Shown: positions 1 through 9,548 of the stretch, one piece after another | Numbering within the stretch: position 1 is the stretch's first letter | Layout of the letters: every line of letters starts with the position of its first letter | NCBI GenBank assembly: GCA_039586365.1 | Contig: JBDHKN010000049.1 | Span: forward strand, 1 to 36,088 | Direction of reading: 5' to 3' | Source of the DNA: Gemmatimonadota bacterium | Lineage (GTDB): Bacteria > Gemmatimonadota > Gemmatimonadetes > Gemmatimonadales > GWC2-71-9 | DNA length: 36,088 nt | Position numbers and translations under genes: made by a program | Notes under the pieces: model-generated | Databases searched by the model: none | Seen by the model: the letters and a program-made list of their open reading frames with translations, nothing else | What the model was told of the DNA's origin: nothing

Positions 1-243
1 AGCGGTATGCCCTACGGCGTGCTGGGATCCTGAGTACTGGAACTGCACCACCAGCAAGTAGGTGTCGTCCTTGTGGCAGTCGCTGCACGTCTCGGCAGCG
101 TTGACCCCGTCAACGCCGTCCGCGCCGTCTGCACCGTCCGCGCCGTCCGCGCCTGCCGGCCCCGCTGGACCGGCAGGCCCTTCGCATGCCGCGAACAGCA
201 GAACTGTCGCCAACGCTGTTAGACCTAGAAACGATCTTCTCAT
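1..243 (-). CDS. N-terminal part of a c-type cytochrome lipoprotein with a collagen-like Gly-X-Y linker (runs off the window edge)
   Basis: Hand translation from ATG 243: MRRSFLGLTALATVLLFAAC-EGPAGPAGPAGADGADGADGADGVDGVNAAET-CSDCH-KDDTYL... It has a lipobox FAAC, Gly-X-Y repeats, a CxxCH heme motif and an upstream AAGGAG RBS. Not in the ORF track because it has no stop in the window. Confidence 0.88.
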   Translation of the reverse strand, partial: MRRSFLGLTALATVLLFAACEGPAGPAGPAGADGADGADGADGVDGVNAAETCSDCHKDDTYLLVVQFQYSGSQHAVGHTA

Positions 244-415
244 GTTATGGAGCTCCTTTGAAGGTCGCTGACGGTTCGCCCGTCTGTGCGGGTGCGCCGT
301 TACAGTCGGCGCCACCAAGTTGAGTTGTTTTGCCGTGGCCCAAAGACACCTGCTGGAGGGGACGAGCGGGCACATTAACGGGCAAAACGCGATGTGGGAT
401 GTTAGACCGGGGTCC

Positions 416-442
416 GTGAAGTTTTGGTGAAGAGAAAGTGAA
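416..442. promoter_or_regulatory. Three GTGAA direct repeats at exact 11-bp spacing upstream of the cytochrome gene
   Basis: GTGAA at 416, 427 and 438 in a 426-bp intergenic region; helically phased repeats are typical of regulator sites. Confidence 0.4.
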
Positions 443-669
443 TCCGTATTATCCCGGATAGAATGCCCGTACTTTACCCACTGTAGGACCCCTACATCGG
501 TACTTACAAAGGCTAGAAGTCCTTAAATGACAACGACTTGACTGTTGGCCAGGAGATCGTTCCCGCGACAACCACAGGGCTCTCATTGGATAGTCTCAAC
601 CTGGGTCCCGAACCTAAAGCGTAGGCGATCCGAGGTCGGATCGGTCGCTTTGTTCGGCCCTCTTAGAGG

Positions 670-1440
670 TTAAGCTACTGACCCGCAGTCTGTTAACAGC
701 CAACGGCTCTCGCTCTCCGCTCTCGGACGCCAGTGGTCTCTGTCGTAGCTGAAGTAGATGAACATGGGGTGACCCAGCACGTTCTGCCGAGGCAGGAACC
801 CCCAGTGACGTCCGTCATACGAGTGGTCCCGATTGTCACCCATGGTGAAGAGATGTCCCTCGGGGATCACGAACGGACCCCAGTCTCGTAGATCGGGGAG
901 ATAGTCCTCTTTGTCTACGGTTGCGACAAGATGTGGTAGTTGCCAGGCGCGGCTCCTCTGCCGCTGCAGCGCGTCCATGCGCGCGCTCAGGTCGACGTGG
1001 CGAACGTAGGGTTCCGGTAGGTACTCGTTGTTGCGGAAGATGGAGTCGTTTCGCATCTGGAGGGTGTCTCCGGCCACACCGATCACACGCTTCACTATGG
1101 TGAGGATCGGCTCTTCGATGCCACGCAACACAATCAACTCGCCTGGCCGGGGCTCTCGCAAGGCTGGTGTCCGCGCTCCGGTCAGGGGGATCTCGGCGCC
1201 GTACAACGCCTTGTTGATGAACAGCCAATCACCGACCAACAGAGTCGGCTCCAGCGAATCTGAGATGATCCGAAACGACTTGAGCACCATAGCCTGAAGC
1301 ACGAACCAGATGACGAGCGCAATGGCGATGGACTTGATCCAGCCCTGCAGCCATTGATTGAACGATTGCTTCGGTGGCGCTGCGCTGTTCGGTTCGGGCT
1401 GCTGTTCCGCTTCCTGCTTCCTTTTGGCCTTCTTGCTCAT
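670..1440 (-). CDS. lepB: Signal peptidase I (S26), C-terminus atypical
   Basis: N-terminal TM segment, FRIISDSLEPTLLVGD (catalytic Ser box), IVKRVIG (catalytic Lys), MGDNRDHSYDGRHWG. Confidence 0.92.
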   Translation of the reverse strand: MSKKAKRKQEAEQQPEPNSAAPPKQSFNQWLQGWIKSIAIALVIWFVLQAMVLKSFRIISDSLEPTLLVGDWLFINKALYGAEIPLTGARTPALREPRPGELIVLRGIEEPILTIVKRVIGVAGDTLQMRNDSIFRNNEYLPEPYVRHVDLSARMDALQRQRSRAWQLPHLVATVDKEDYLPDLRDWGPFVIPEGHLFTMGDNRDHSYDGRHWGFLPRQNVLGHPMFIYFSYDRDHWRPRAESESRWLLTDCGSVA

Positions 1441-1461
1441 TGAGTGGTCCTATCCTATCAG

Positions 1462-1626
1462 CTATCGGCTGTTACCTGTTAGCGTCAGCTCTGTGGGTTT
1501 TGTGCCGGGCAACGGCTGCAAGTACAGCGCTGCAATCCTAACTGTGCCACCCGCGGCCAGCTCCCGCTGGGCGACTAACACCACCACTAGAATCAATACG
1601 CAGAGAAGTAACATGAGTGCCAGCAT
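1462..1626 (-). CDS. Possible small membrane or secreted protein between the kinase and lepB
   Basis: MLALMLLLCVLILVVVLVAQR... hydrophobic N-terminus, co-oriented with both neighbours; its 3' end lies in a heptamer repeat tract. Confidence 0.3.
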   Translation of the reverse strand: MLALMLLLCVLILVVVLVAQRELAAGGTVRIAALYLQPLPGTKPTELTLTGNSR

Positions 1627-1707
1627 CACGGGTAGCCTGGCACACAATACGGACGATTGTCTTGCTGCGACAATGCTGTATGTGGCGACCAGACAGAACG
1701 AAATCCG

Positions 1708-4572
1708 CTAGCGCGCTGTCAGGTCGAGTCCGTCCATCACCCACACGTCCGAGATGTCCTCTCGCACGGCGCACACCACGCGTTCCCCGTCACGCGATAT
1801 CGTGAGGTTTCCGAACTCGCAGCGAAACGGGAGTTGCAGCATCACGTCGGTCTTGCCACCGCCGCTCGAGACTCTTTCGATTTGTGTGTTTCCGGAGCCA
1901 CCGAACGGATCGCGCACGAAGAAGATCGTGTCGTCCTCCGTCCAGAGTAGTGGCCAAGCGAGACCGGTCACCAGTTTCCTTGCGACACCCCCATCAGTGG
2001 AGAGCACCCACAGACCGACTTCTGTAGCGAACCCAAAAAACGCCACAAACCGGCCCCCATCAGGCGCTATTACGGGCATCCGAATCCGAGCCGCGAAGCC
2101 GCCTCGCGCCACTCGATCTGGGATGGGAGCCGCGGAGTCCGGCCGGGGAAGCGGCCCTGTTGCCAGGTCCTCCGCTCCTGGCAGGCGCAGGTCGGACCGA
2201 TTCCGCACAGCGTCTCGCATCAAATCACCCAGCCGCGGTAGCTGGACCAGCGACTCCGTCCGCGAGTCGAGGTCAAAAGCGACCAGACCAACACCCGTAC
2301 GCCCCAGCAGCAATGATCTCCCACCAGCACCCCACTGAGGCGCCTGACCCAGCGCAGTGACTCCTGCACCCAGGTCGGTGACCCTACTGGTTCCGACGTC
2401 GACCACCCGGGTCACCGTACCATCTGCCGTGACGGCGGAGTACGCGAGACGAGTACCGTCTGGTGACCAGCTCAGGGCACCCAATACTTGGTGATCCCTA
2501 GTGAGCCTTGTCTCACTCCGGTCAACCAACGAGAGTACGTAGACGTCCTGATCCTCTCCATTGCCCTTCGCATACGCCACCACCTTCCCGTCAGGAGCCA
2601 TTGCCGGTGAGTGGTAGGTCCACGTACCGGTAGTCAGCCGCTCACTGCCCGTCACCCCGCGCTGTGCCAGCTCGAGGTGTGAGCGGTTGGCACCCCCCGC
2701 GTACGCCAAGCGGCCCTGCTCGGGAACGGCTCCAAATGTCAGATCAGCCGGCAAGTTGGGCATCACGAGTCGGGGCTCGCCGCGCCGCTCGCCTGTACGC
2801 GGGTCTATCGCGACGCTGAAGATGTTGGCTCCGCCGCCCGACTGGTGAGAGTAGAGTAGACCGTCACCGGCTGGCGTCCACTGTGGTGAGCCGAACGGGT
2901 CTAGGCCACCCCAACCGATGCCGTCTGCCTGCTGAACGAGGTTGACTGACGAACCGTCCGAAGCAACAGTGCCCAGGACGACCTGCTGATCGGAGGTTGC
3001 GCCGACGAACGCAATCCACGCTGCATCGGGCGATACGTTGAGCGCCTGGATCCTCTGTACCGAGGAACGCAGGTCGATCAGCGTGCCGTTGGCGGCAACG
3101 AATGAGTCGCGCGAGACTCGGGTGATACTCGCCGGATCCTGCCCCAGGTAGATCATAGCCCCGCAACACGCGAGCGCGTACGAGTCATGCCCCGCCGCAA
3201 AACCGTACGCCAGCGGAATGCCCAGCGACCCAGGACCCTCCGTGAAGCCACCGACCATGAGCTGGGGCTCACCACCCAGCCGCGAGACCGTGAAGATGCC
3301 GTGCCCGCCAGCAATACTCCCGGCGGAAACCAAGGTCAATCCATCAGGACTCCACCGTGGTGGACCAAGCGGTTCCCCGGATTCGACCAGCCGGAATTCG
3401 ACGTCGCCACCTATATCCTTGAGTACCAGCGTGCGGCGGTCGTCCACCAGGTAAGCGAACATCTCCCCATCCGGGGCAAGAGACACCGCCCTAGCATCCC
3501 CCGAGAACGTGACCTGCCGGCTCGACGGGCTACCGGTGAGGCCAGCGGAGCCGCCGTCACCGGAGCTGAGCCAGGTTGTCACAACGACACCGAGCATCAG
3601 GGCAACGCCGCCCAACAGCGGTATTCCGAATCCGAGCAGCACCTTGCGGCGGCGTCCCGCCACCAGCGAACGGGCCTTGACGGTGCTGGCACCCGTACGC
3701 GAGCGGGGACCGGTAATCGGTCGATCACGATCTACCAGCGCTGCAGCAAATCCGAGCGAGGTGCCAAAGCGGTCCGCCGGCACCTTGGCGAGCGCACGTT
3801 CGACGGCTGCCTCCACGTGTTCCGGTACGCCGTGACGAATGACGCTGACGGGGGTTGGCGCCTCCGTCATCATCTTCGAGAAAACGGCTTGGGCAGTGGC
3901 CCCCGTATGCGGTGGCTCTCCGGTCAGCATCTCGTAGACCACACAGCCGAGCGCATACGTGTCACTGCGTGAGTCCAGTTCCCGGTCGCCTGCCGCCTGC
4001 TCGGGGCTCATGTACTGTGGAGTTCCCAGGGAGAATCCTGTCTCCGTCAGCCTACCACCGCCGCCAGAGTTCACGGCCAACGCAATCCCGAAGTCGGCGA
4101 GCAGTGCACCGCCTTCGTGCAGCAGGATGTTTTCCGGCTTGATGTCACGATGGATGACGCCGCGGCGATGCGCGTAGTCGAGGGCCGACGCCACCTGCCT
4201 GGCGATGACTACGGTATCGTCCAGGCCGAGTTGCTTTTCCCGAGCCAGCTTCTGGCGCAGCGATTCGCCTTCAACATAGGGCATTACATAGAATAGCAGC
4301 CCCCCAGCCGCCCCCGAGTCGATCAAGCTCAGCATGTGTGGATGCTGGAGAGCAGCCGCGGTCTTGATCTCGCGCAGGAATCGCTCCGAGCCGACGGCGG
4401 AAGCAATCTCGGGACGAAACACCTTGAGAGCCACAAACCGGTCGTGCCTGAGATCGCGTGCCAGGTACACCACGGCCATACCACCCTGTCCCAGTTCGCG
4501 GACTACCTCATATTGTCCTGAGACTGCAGTCGCAATGCGTTGCGCCAGATCCGTGGTCGATCGCTCAGTCAT
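1708..4572 (-). CDS. Ser/Thr protein kinase with TM segment and C-terminal TolB/PD40-like beta-propeller
   Basis: GQGGMAVV, VALK, HRDIKPEN, DFG and GTPQYMSPE kinase motifs, a TM helix, then repeated (W)SPDG motifs. Start probably 4572 or 4584 rather than 4758. Confidence 0.93.
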   Translation of the reverse strand: MTERSTTDLAQRIATAVSGQYEVVRELGQGGMAVVYLARDLRHDRFVALKVFRPEIASAVGSERFLREIKTAAALQHPHMLSLIDSGAAGGLLFYVMPYVEGESLRQKLAREKQLGLDDTVVIARQVASALDYAHRRGVIHRDIKPENILLHEGGALLADFGIALAVNSGGGGRLTETGFSLGTPQYMSPEQAAGDRELDSRSDTYALGCVVYEMLTGEPPHTGATAQAVFSKMMTEAPTPVSVIRHGVPEHVEAAVERALAKVPADRFGTSLGFAAALVDRDRPITGPRSRTGASTVKARSLVAGRRRKVLLGFGIPLLGGVALMLGVVVTTWLSSGDGGSAGLTGSPSSRQVTFSGDARAVSLAPDGEMFAYLVDDRRTLVLKDIGGDVEFRLVESGEPLGPPRWSPDGLTLVSAGSIAGGHGIFTVSRLGGEPQLMVGGFTEGPGSLGIPLAYGFAAGHDSYALACCGAMIYLGQDPASITRVSRDSFVAANGTLIDLRSSVQRIQALNVSPDAAWIAFVGATSDQQVVLGTVASDGSSVNLVQQADGIGWGGLDPFGSPQWTPAGDGLLYSHQSGGGANIFSVAIDPRTGERRGEPRLVMPNLPADLTFGAVPEQGRLAYAGGANRSHLELAQRGVTGSERLTTGTWTYHSPAMAPDGKVVAYAKGNGEDQDVYVLSLVDRSETRLTRDHQVLGALSWSPDGTRLAYSAVTADGTVTRVVDVGTSRVTDLGAGVTALGQAPQWGAGGRSLLLGRTGVGLVAFDLDSRTESLVQLPRLGDLMRDAVRNRSDLRLPGAEDLATGPLPRPDSAAPIPDRVARGGFAARIRMPVIAPDGGRFVAFFGFATEVGLWVLSTDGGVARKLVTGLAWPLLWTEDDTIFFVRDPFGGSGNTQIERVSSGGGKTDVMLQLPFRCEFGNLTISRDGERVVCAVREDISDVWVMDGLDLTAR

Positions 4573-4766
4573 TATGCGCGTCATACCCCTTGTTGACGTA
4601 CGGTAGACCGGAAACTTAAATCGGATGGCAGCACCGGTGCATTTCAAGGAACTGTCTAGCCGGCAACCCAACATCCTAGTGACCTGACCACATGACGATT
4701 CTAAGTTTCGGGACGGCACCGAGGCAATCGTCGTTTTGAGGCGTTCGACAGCAGACAACTCATACG

Positions 4767-5942
4767 GTGCGCCACTCTAGCAGCCCACTTCCACCGGTCG
4801 TGAAGCGACTCGGCGTGGTCTCATTCCTCAACGACCTCGCCAGCGAGATGGTGTACCCGCTACTACCGGCGTTGGTAACCACACGTCTCGGTGCGGGCGC
4901 CTTGGCCCTCGGCGTGCTGGACGGCGTCTCCGAAGCAATAGCCGCTGCGGTGAAATTGGGTTCGGGTCGGCTAGCTGACAGGGTCCACCTGCGGCGCCCA
5001 CTGGTGCTCGGAGGCTACGCGGTTGCAGCGATGGCTCGGCCGCTCATGGCCTACAGCTCTGCGGCCTGGCAAGTGATTGTGCTACGTGCGGCCGACCGCG
5101 TGGGAAAGGGCGTCCGCAATCCCCCGCGCGATACGATCATCGCCGACGCGGCGTCTCCTGCAATCCGGGGTCGGGCGTTCGGCTACCACAGGTCCCTGGA
5201 CCATGCCGGCGCCGTCGTCGGACCTCTGCTCGCGTGGATGCTGCTCACGGCGGGAGGGATGACGCCGTTCCAGATCATAGCCTGGAGCGCAGTACCGGGA
5301 GTGTTGGCGGTTTGTGTGGTAGCTTGGGCCACCCGCAACATTCCACGAGCTGCCAAGCAGGGGGAGCAACGGGGGCACCGGTCGGAAACCAGTGAGCCCG
5401 TGGCCGCCAGCCGAGGCTCCGCGACGGCCGTGCTCTTTCCCATAGCCGCCTTTGCCTTTGCACGGTTTCCCGAGACACTGTTTCTACTCCGGCTTCAGGA
5501 AGCTGGCTTGGCCGTAGCGTTGGTGCCAGCACTGTGGGCGCTATTACACGTCATCCGAGCCACCGGCAGCTATCCCGGCGGATGGCTCTCAGACCGCATA
5601 GGAGCCCGCCACACGATGGTCCTGGGATGGGCAGTGTACGCAGTCGTGTGCCTGGGTCTGGCCCGCGCGGATTCCGCACTCGCGGCGAGCTTGTGGTTCC
5701 TAGGTTTCGGGACTGTCGCGATCTTGACAGAATCGCCCGAACGGGCGGTGGTGTCCGAGGCAGGTGCAGGTAGCCGCGGTACCAGCTTTGGGGCCTACCA
5801 TGCAAGTGTCGGCTTGGCGGCGCTGTTAGGGGGCCTGGCGTTTGGAACCATCTACGCCCAGATGGGAGGAGCATTGGCGCTGACGATTAGTGCTGGACTG
5901 GCGGGACTGCTGGCGGCGATTGGGGCATTCCTGCTGCGGTGA
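4767..5942 (+). CDS. MFS transporter
   Basis: About 12 hydrophobic segments; GRLADR and GWLSDRIG motif A; SFLNDLASEM / DRVGKGVRNPPRD family signature. Confidence 0.92.
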   Translation: MRHSSSPLPPVVKRLGVVSFLNDLASEMVYPLLPALVTTRLGAGALALGVLDGVSEAIAAAVKLGSGRLADRVHLRRPLVLGGYAVAAMARPLMAYSSAAWQVIVLRAADRVGKGVRNPPRDTIIADAASPAIRGRAFGYHRSLDHAGAVVGPLLAWMLLTAGGMTPFQIIAWSAVPGVLAVCVVAWATRNIPRAAKQGEQRGHRSETSEPVAASRGSATAVLFPIAAFAFARFPETLFLLRLQEAGLAVALVPALWALLHVIRATGSYPGGWLSDRIGARHTMVLGWAVYAVVCLGLARADSALAASLWFLGFGTVAILTESPERAVVSEAGAGSRGTSFGAYHASVGLAALLGGLAFGTIYAQMGGALALTISAGLAGLLAAIGAFLLR

Positions 5943-6115
5943 GGAATGGCCGCCCGGACAGGTCTCGCCACTAGCCGCTAGGCACAGGCTCTTGGCCATT
6001 GGCTGGCGCTCCCTTGCCCCTGAGAGGCAAAACCTCGATAATCTGCGCTTTCGTCCGATCGGCACGTTCATTGCTTGTTCACCTCCCATCCAGCTGATTG
6101 CACAGAGGAGGCTTC

Positions 6116-8008
6116 ATGGCCAACGACAGCGGCATTTTCAACCCCCCGCAAGAGATAATCGACGCAGCTCTCGTACGGGATTACGACGCCTTGCGCCAAG
6201 AGGCGGCCGCCGATCCGTTGGCTTTCTGGGAAGAGCGCGCCCGCCAGCTGGATTGGTACCAACCTTGGGACAAGGTGCTCGACGACTCCAATGCTCCGTT
6301 CTTCAAGTGGTTTGTTGGAGCGAAGACCAACGTCGTCTTGAATGCGCTCGACCGACACCAGAAGAACGCCACGCGCAACAAGCTCGCTCTAGTCTGGGAA
6401 GGTGAAGACGGCAGCTTGAGAACCTTCAGTTATTTCGCACTCAATCGCGAGGTGTGCCAGTTCGCGAATGTGCTCAAGAGTATGGGGGTGAAGAAAGGTG
6501 ATCGCGTCACCATCTACATGCCCCGCATTCCGGAGCAGATGATGGCCATGCTCGCGTGCGCCAAGGTCGGAGCGGTGCACTCGGTGGTCTACGGCGGCTT
6601 TTCCGTGGAGGCCCTGGCGGAGCGGATCGAAGACTCCGAGTCGCGTGTCCTGATCACCGCGGACGGCGGATACCTGCGTGGCAAGATCGTTCCCTTGAAG
6701 GACATCTCGGACGAGGCACTGCGCCGCTGTGGCACCGTGGAGCATGTCGTGGTAGTCCGGCGCACCGGCCACGACGTGGCGATGGAAACGGAGCGGGACT
6801 ATTTCTACGACGACTTGATGAGTCTACCGGTGGCACGTAGTAACGACGATCGCTGCCTGACCGAGCAGATGGACGCCGAAGATCCTCTGTTCCTGCTGTA
6901 CACCTCGGGCACGACCGGGAAGCCCAAAGCGATCGTTCACACCCACGGCGGCTACCAAGTGGGAATCGCAACAACACTGGAGTACGCCTTCGACATGAAA
7001 CCGGAGGACAGGTGGTGGTGCGCCGCCGATCCCGGATGGATCACGGGACACAGCTACATCGTGTACGGCCCGCTCATATTAGGGGCCACTTCGGTGATGT
7101 ACGAGGGTGCTCCGACCTATCCCTACCCGGACCGCTGGTGGCGAGTTGTCGAGAAGTACGGCGTTACGATCCTCTATACAGCGCCGACCGCCATTCGTGG
7201 GCTAATGCGGTTCGGTGAGTCGTGGGTCAATAAGCGTGACACCTCCACTCTGCGCCTACTCGGGAGCGTTGGAGAGCCAATCAACCCCGAAGCATGGCGC
7301 TGGTATTACGAAGTGGTCGGGAAGAGCCGTTGTCCCATCATCGACACTTGGTGGCAAACGGAGACCGGCGCGTTCATGATCACTCCGGTGCCGTCATATC
7401 CGCTCAAGCCAGGTTCGGGCACCAAACCATTCCCAGGAGTGCAGGCCGAGGTGCTCGATGAAGCTGGCAAACCGGTGGCGCCGGGAGAAGAGGGGGCGTT
7501 GGTCCTGACTACGCCGTGGCCTTCGATGCTACGTGGTATCTACAAGGACCCCGAGAGGTTCAAGGAACAGTATTGGTCGCGCTATCCCGGCAAGTACCTG
7601 ACCGGGGACTCCGCCAAAGTCGATGAAGACGGCTATTTCTGGATCATCGGTCGCACCGATGACGTGATCAAAGTATCCGGCTATCGACTCGGCACCGCCG
7701 AGATAGAATCTGCGCTGGTGAGCCATCCTGCTGTCGCCGAATCGGCAGCGATCGGCATCCCCCACGATGTCCGCGGCAACGTGATCTACGCCTATGTGAT
7801 TCTCAAGGCCGGCCACGAAGCCGGCGACGAGCTGGCCGGCGAGTTGATTCAACACGTTGGGCGTGAGGTTGGACCTATCGCCAAGCCCCAGCAGATCGAA
7901 TTCGTCGAGAGTCTGCCTAAGACACGCTCCGGCAAGATCATGCGCCGCTTGCTCAAGGCTCGGGCGCAGGGTCTGCCCGAAGGAGATGTGTCGACACTGG
8001 AGGGTTAG
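6116..8008 (+). CDS. acs: Acetate--CoA ligase (acetyl-CoA synthetase)
   Basis: YTSGTTGKPK, SVGEPINPEAW, DTWWQTETG, LPKTRSGKIMRR; GGAGG RBS before ATG 6116. Confidence 0.96.
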   Translation: MANDSGIFNPPQEIIDAALVRDYDALRQEAAADPLAFWEERARQLDWYQPWDKVLDDSNAPFFKWFVGAKTNVVLNALDRHQKNATRNKLALVWEGEDGSLRTFSYFALNREVCQFANVLKSMGVKKGDRVTIYMPRIPEQMMAMLACAKVGAVHSVVYGGFSVEALAERIEDSESRVLITADGGYLRGKIVPLKDISDEALRRCGTVEHVVVVRRTGHDVAMETERDYFYDDLMSLPVARSNDDRCLTEQMDAEDPLFLLYTSGTTGKPKAIVHTHGGYQVGIATTLEYAFDMKPEDRWWCAADPGWITGHSYIVYGPLILGATSVMYEGAPTYPYPDRWWRVVEKYGVTILYTAPTAIRGLMRFGESWVNKRDTSTLRLLGSVGEPINPEAWRWYYEVVGKSRCPIIDTWWQTETGAFMITPVPSYPLKPGSGTKPFPGVQAEVLDEAGKPVAPGEEGALVLTTPWPSMLRGIYKDPERFKEQYWSRYPGKYLTGDSAKVDEDGYFWIIGRTDDVIKVSGYRLGTAEIESALVSHPAVAESAAIGIPHDVRGNVIYAYVILKAGHEAGDELAGELIQHVGREVGPIAKPQQIEFVESLPKTRSGKIMRRLLKARAQGLPEGDVSTLEG

Positions 8009-8047
8009 GCGGCGCTGTGGTAGGGCGGCGGCCAGGCACATGTAGCA

Positions 8048-8080
8048 AAGCCCCGTAGCTCAGATCGAGCTACGGGGCTT
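8048..8080. terminator. Hairpin terminator between convergent acs and bactofilin genes
   Basis: AAGCCCCGTAGCTC-agatc-GAGCTACGGGGCTT, a perfect 14-bp stem. Confidence 0.8.
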
Positions 8081-8101
8081 CTCTCGAGGCTTGGCGCATC
8101 C

Positions 8102-8614
8102 CTAACCCACCGATTGCAGCTCCAGCCGCTCGGACTTTGCCGTCTCACCTTGCTTCAGTTCAGCCCGCTCTTTGGCTTGATCTCTCCCCGCTCCCTGGCC
8201 CGGCCCCCGACCATCACGCTGCACTCTCTGATCCGTCATTCGCAGGTTCCCGTTGACCTCTCCCCCCTCTTCACCCTTGATGCGCGGCGTCGCAATGTCG
8301 CCGTGGACCGTACAACCGGGCTTGAGCTCCACTGACTCACTAGCGGTTATCTGCCCGCGGACCTCGCCCGCGACGATTGCCTGACGGGTTGTAACGTCCC
8401 CTTCAACCACACCCCCCGCCGCAATGAGAACCTGACCACCGGCGCTGAGGTTCCCCTCCACCCTACCCTCGATGCGCACGACGCCATCGGTCTCGAGGGT
8501 GCCTGTTACCCGCATTCCAGCTGCCAGGATGGACAGATTCGCTTCCTGCCCATTGCTGCGGGGCTTCTGTACCTGAGGGGAACTATCGTTGGCTGAACGG
8601 AACACCGGCATCAT
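8102..8614 (-). CDS. Bactofilin / polymer-forming cytoskeletal protein (CcmA family)
   Basis: SILAAGMRVTGTLETDGVVRIEGRVEG...VEGDV...VHGDIATPRI beta-helix pattern; AAGGAG RBS. Confidence 0.92.
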   Translation of the reverse strand: MMPVFRSANDSSPQVQKPRSNGQEANLSILAAGMRVTGTLETDGVVRIEGRVEGNLSAGGQVLIAAGGVVEGDVTTRQAIVAGEVRGQITASESVELKPGCTVHGDIATPRIKGEEGGEVNGNLRMTDQRVQRDGRGPGQGAGRDQAKERAELKQGETAKSERLELQSVG

Positions 8615-8823
8615 TCGCTCCTTGTAAACGGGGGCGGAGACCCCCCTCGTGCACCTGGTTAGTCGGGTCGCTACGAGCGAAGCTAGCGTGGGGAGCGCCC
8701 GGCCGTAGTGACGGTGATCACTATTTGCCTGGCAGCTATCAGCTGTGAGCTGTCATGCCTGCATCTTGCGCGGGGCGGCAGAATGGGCAACTTGGCTGGG
8801 ACTCGAACGACCCTGGAGCAATC

Positions 8824-9534
8824 ATGAAGCGCGTTCTCTGTATTCTCACCGCGCTCGCGGCACTCGCACAACCGTCACGAGCCCAAGAGGCCGCCCCCGA
8901 AGGCACGATCCTGGAACCCAGTAGCAAGGTACCGTTCCCGGTGCAGCTGACCGTGCCGGGCCGCAGCGAGCAGCACATGTTCACCGGTGCCGGCGTCCGG
9001 ACCAAGACCTTCCTCAAAGTGAAGGTTTACGCCTTCGGACTCTACGTAGACGCGGGCGCCGCTCGGGCTGCCCTGGGCGACTTCGCGAACCTGACGGCCA
9101 GGGACTTGGAGGAGAACGAGGAGTTTTTCGGCCGGCTGCTCGAAATGAGCTTCCCGATGACGCTCCGACTGGTCATGACCCGTGACGTGGGTGGTGAGGA
9201 CATGGCTGACGCCTTCGAAGGTGCCCTGAGACCGAGGGTGCAACGGGCGGCCGCCGAGTTGAACATGCCGGGCGGAGAGGAAGCCCTGGAGCAGTTCCGC
9301 ACGTACTTCAACGTCGAGGAGATGACCAAGGAATCCGAGTTGGTCTTCACATGCAGTGGCGGCACCCTCATGAGCTCGGTGCGTGATGAAGTGAAACCGG
9401 AACTCGACTCCCCCGCTCTCTGTTGGGCTCTGTTCGATGTGTACTTGGGGGAAAAACGGATCTCGGGCGACGGCAAGAAGAAGGTGGTACACGGGTTCCC
9501 GCAGCTGTTGGGAGGCGGTGAATCAACAGATTGA
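8824..9534 (+). CDS. Chalcone isomerase-like secreted protein
   Basis: Signal peptide (..SRA-Q), TGAGVRTKTFLKVKVYAFGLY, ALFDVYLG; GGAG RBS before ATG 8824. Confidence 0.85.
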   Translation: MKRVLCILTALAALAQPSRAQEAAPEGTILEPSSKVPFPVQLTVPGRSEQHMFTGAGVRTKTFLKVKVYAFGLYVDAGAARAALGDFANLTARDLEENEEFFGRLLEMSFPMTLRLVMTRDVGGEDMADAFEGALRPRVQRAAAELNMPGGEEALEQFRTYFNVEEMTKESELVFTCSGGTLMSSVRDEVKPELDSPALCWALFDVYLGEKRISGDGKKKVVHGFPQLLGGGESTD

Positions 9535-9548
9535 CACGTCGCGCAATC

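Noticed and set aside
62..271. Plus-strand 69-aa ORF with PSAPSA repeats
   Set aside because: It is the antisense shadow of the collagen-like cytochrome gene, which has an RBS, lipobox and CxxCH
8050..8063. GCCCCGTAGCTCAG resembles a tRNA 5' end
   Set aside because: No anticodon or T arm follows; it is one arm of a perfect terminator hairpin between convergent genes
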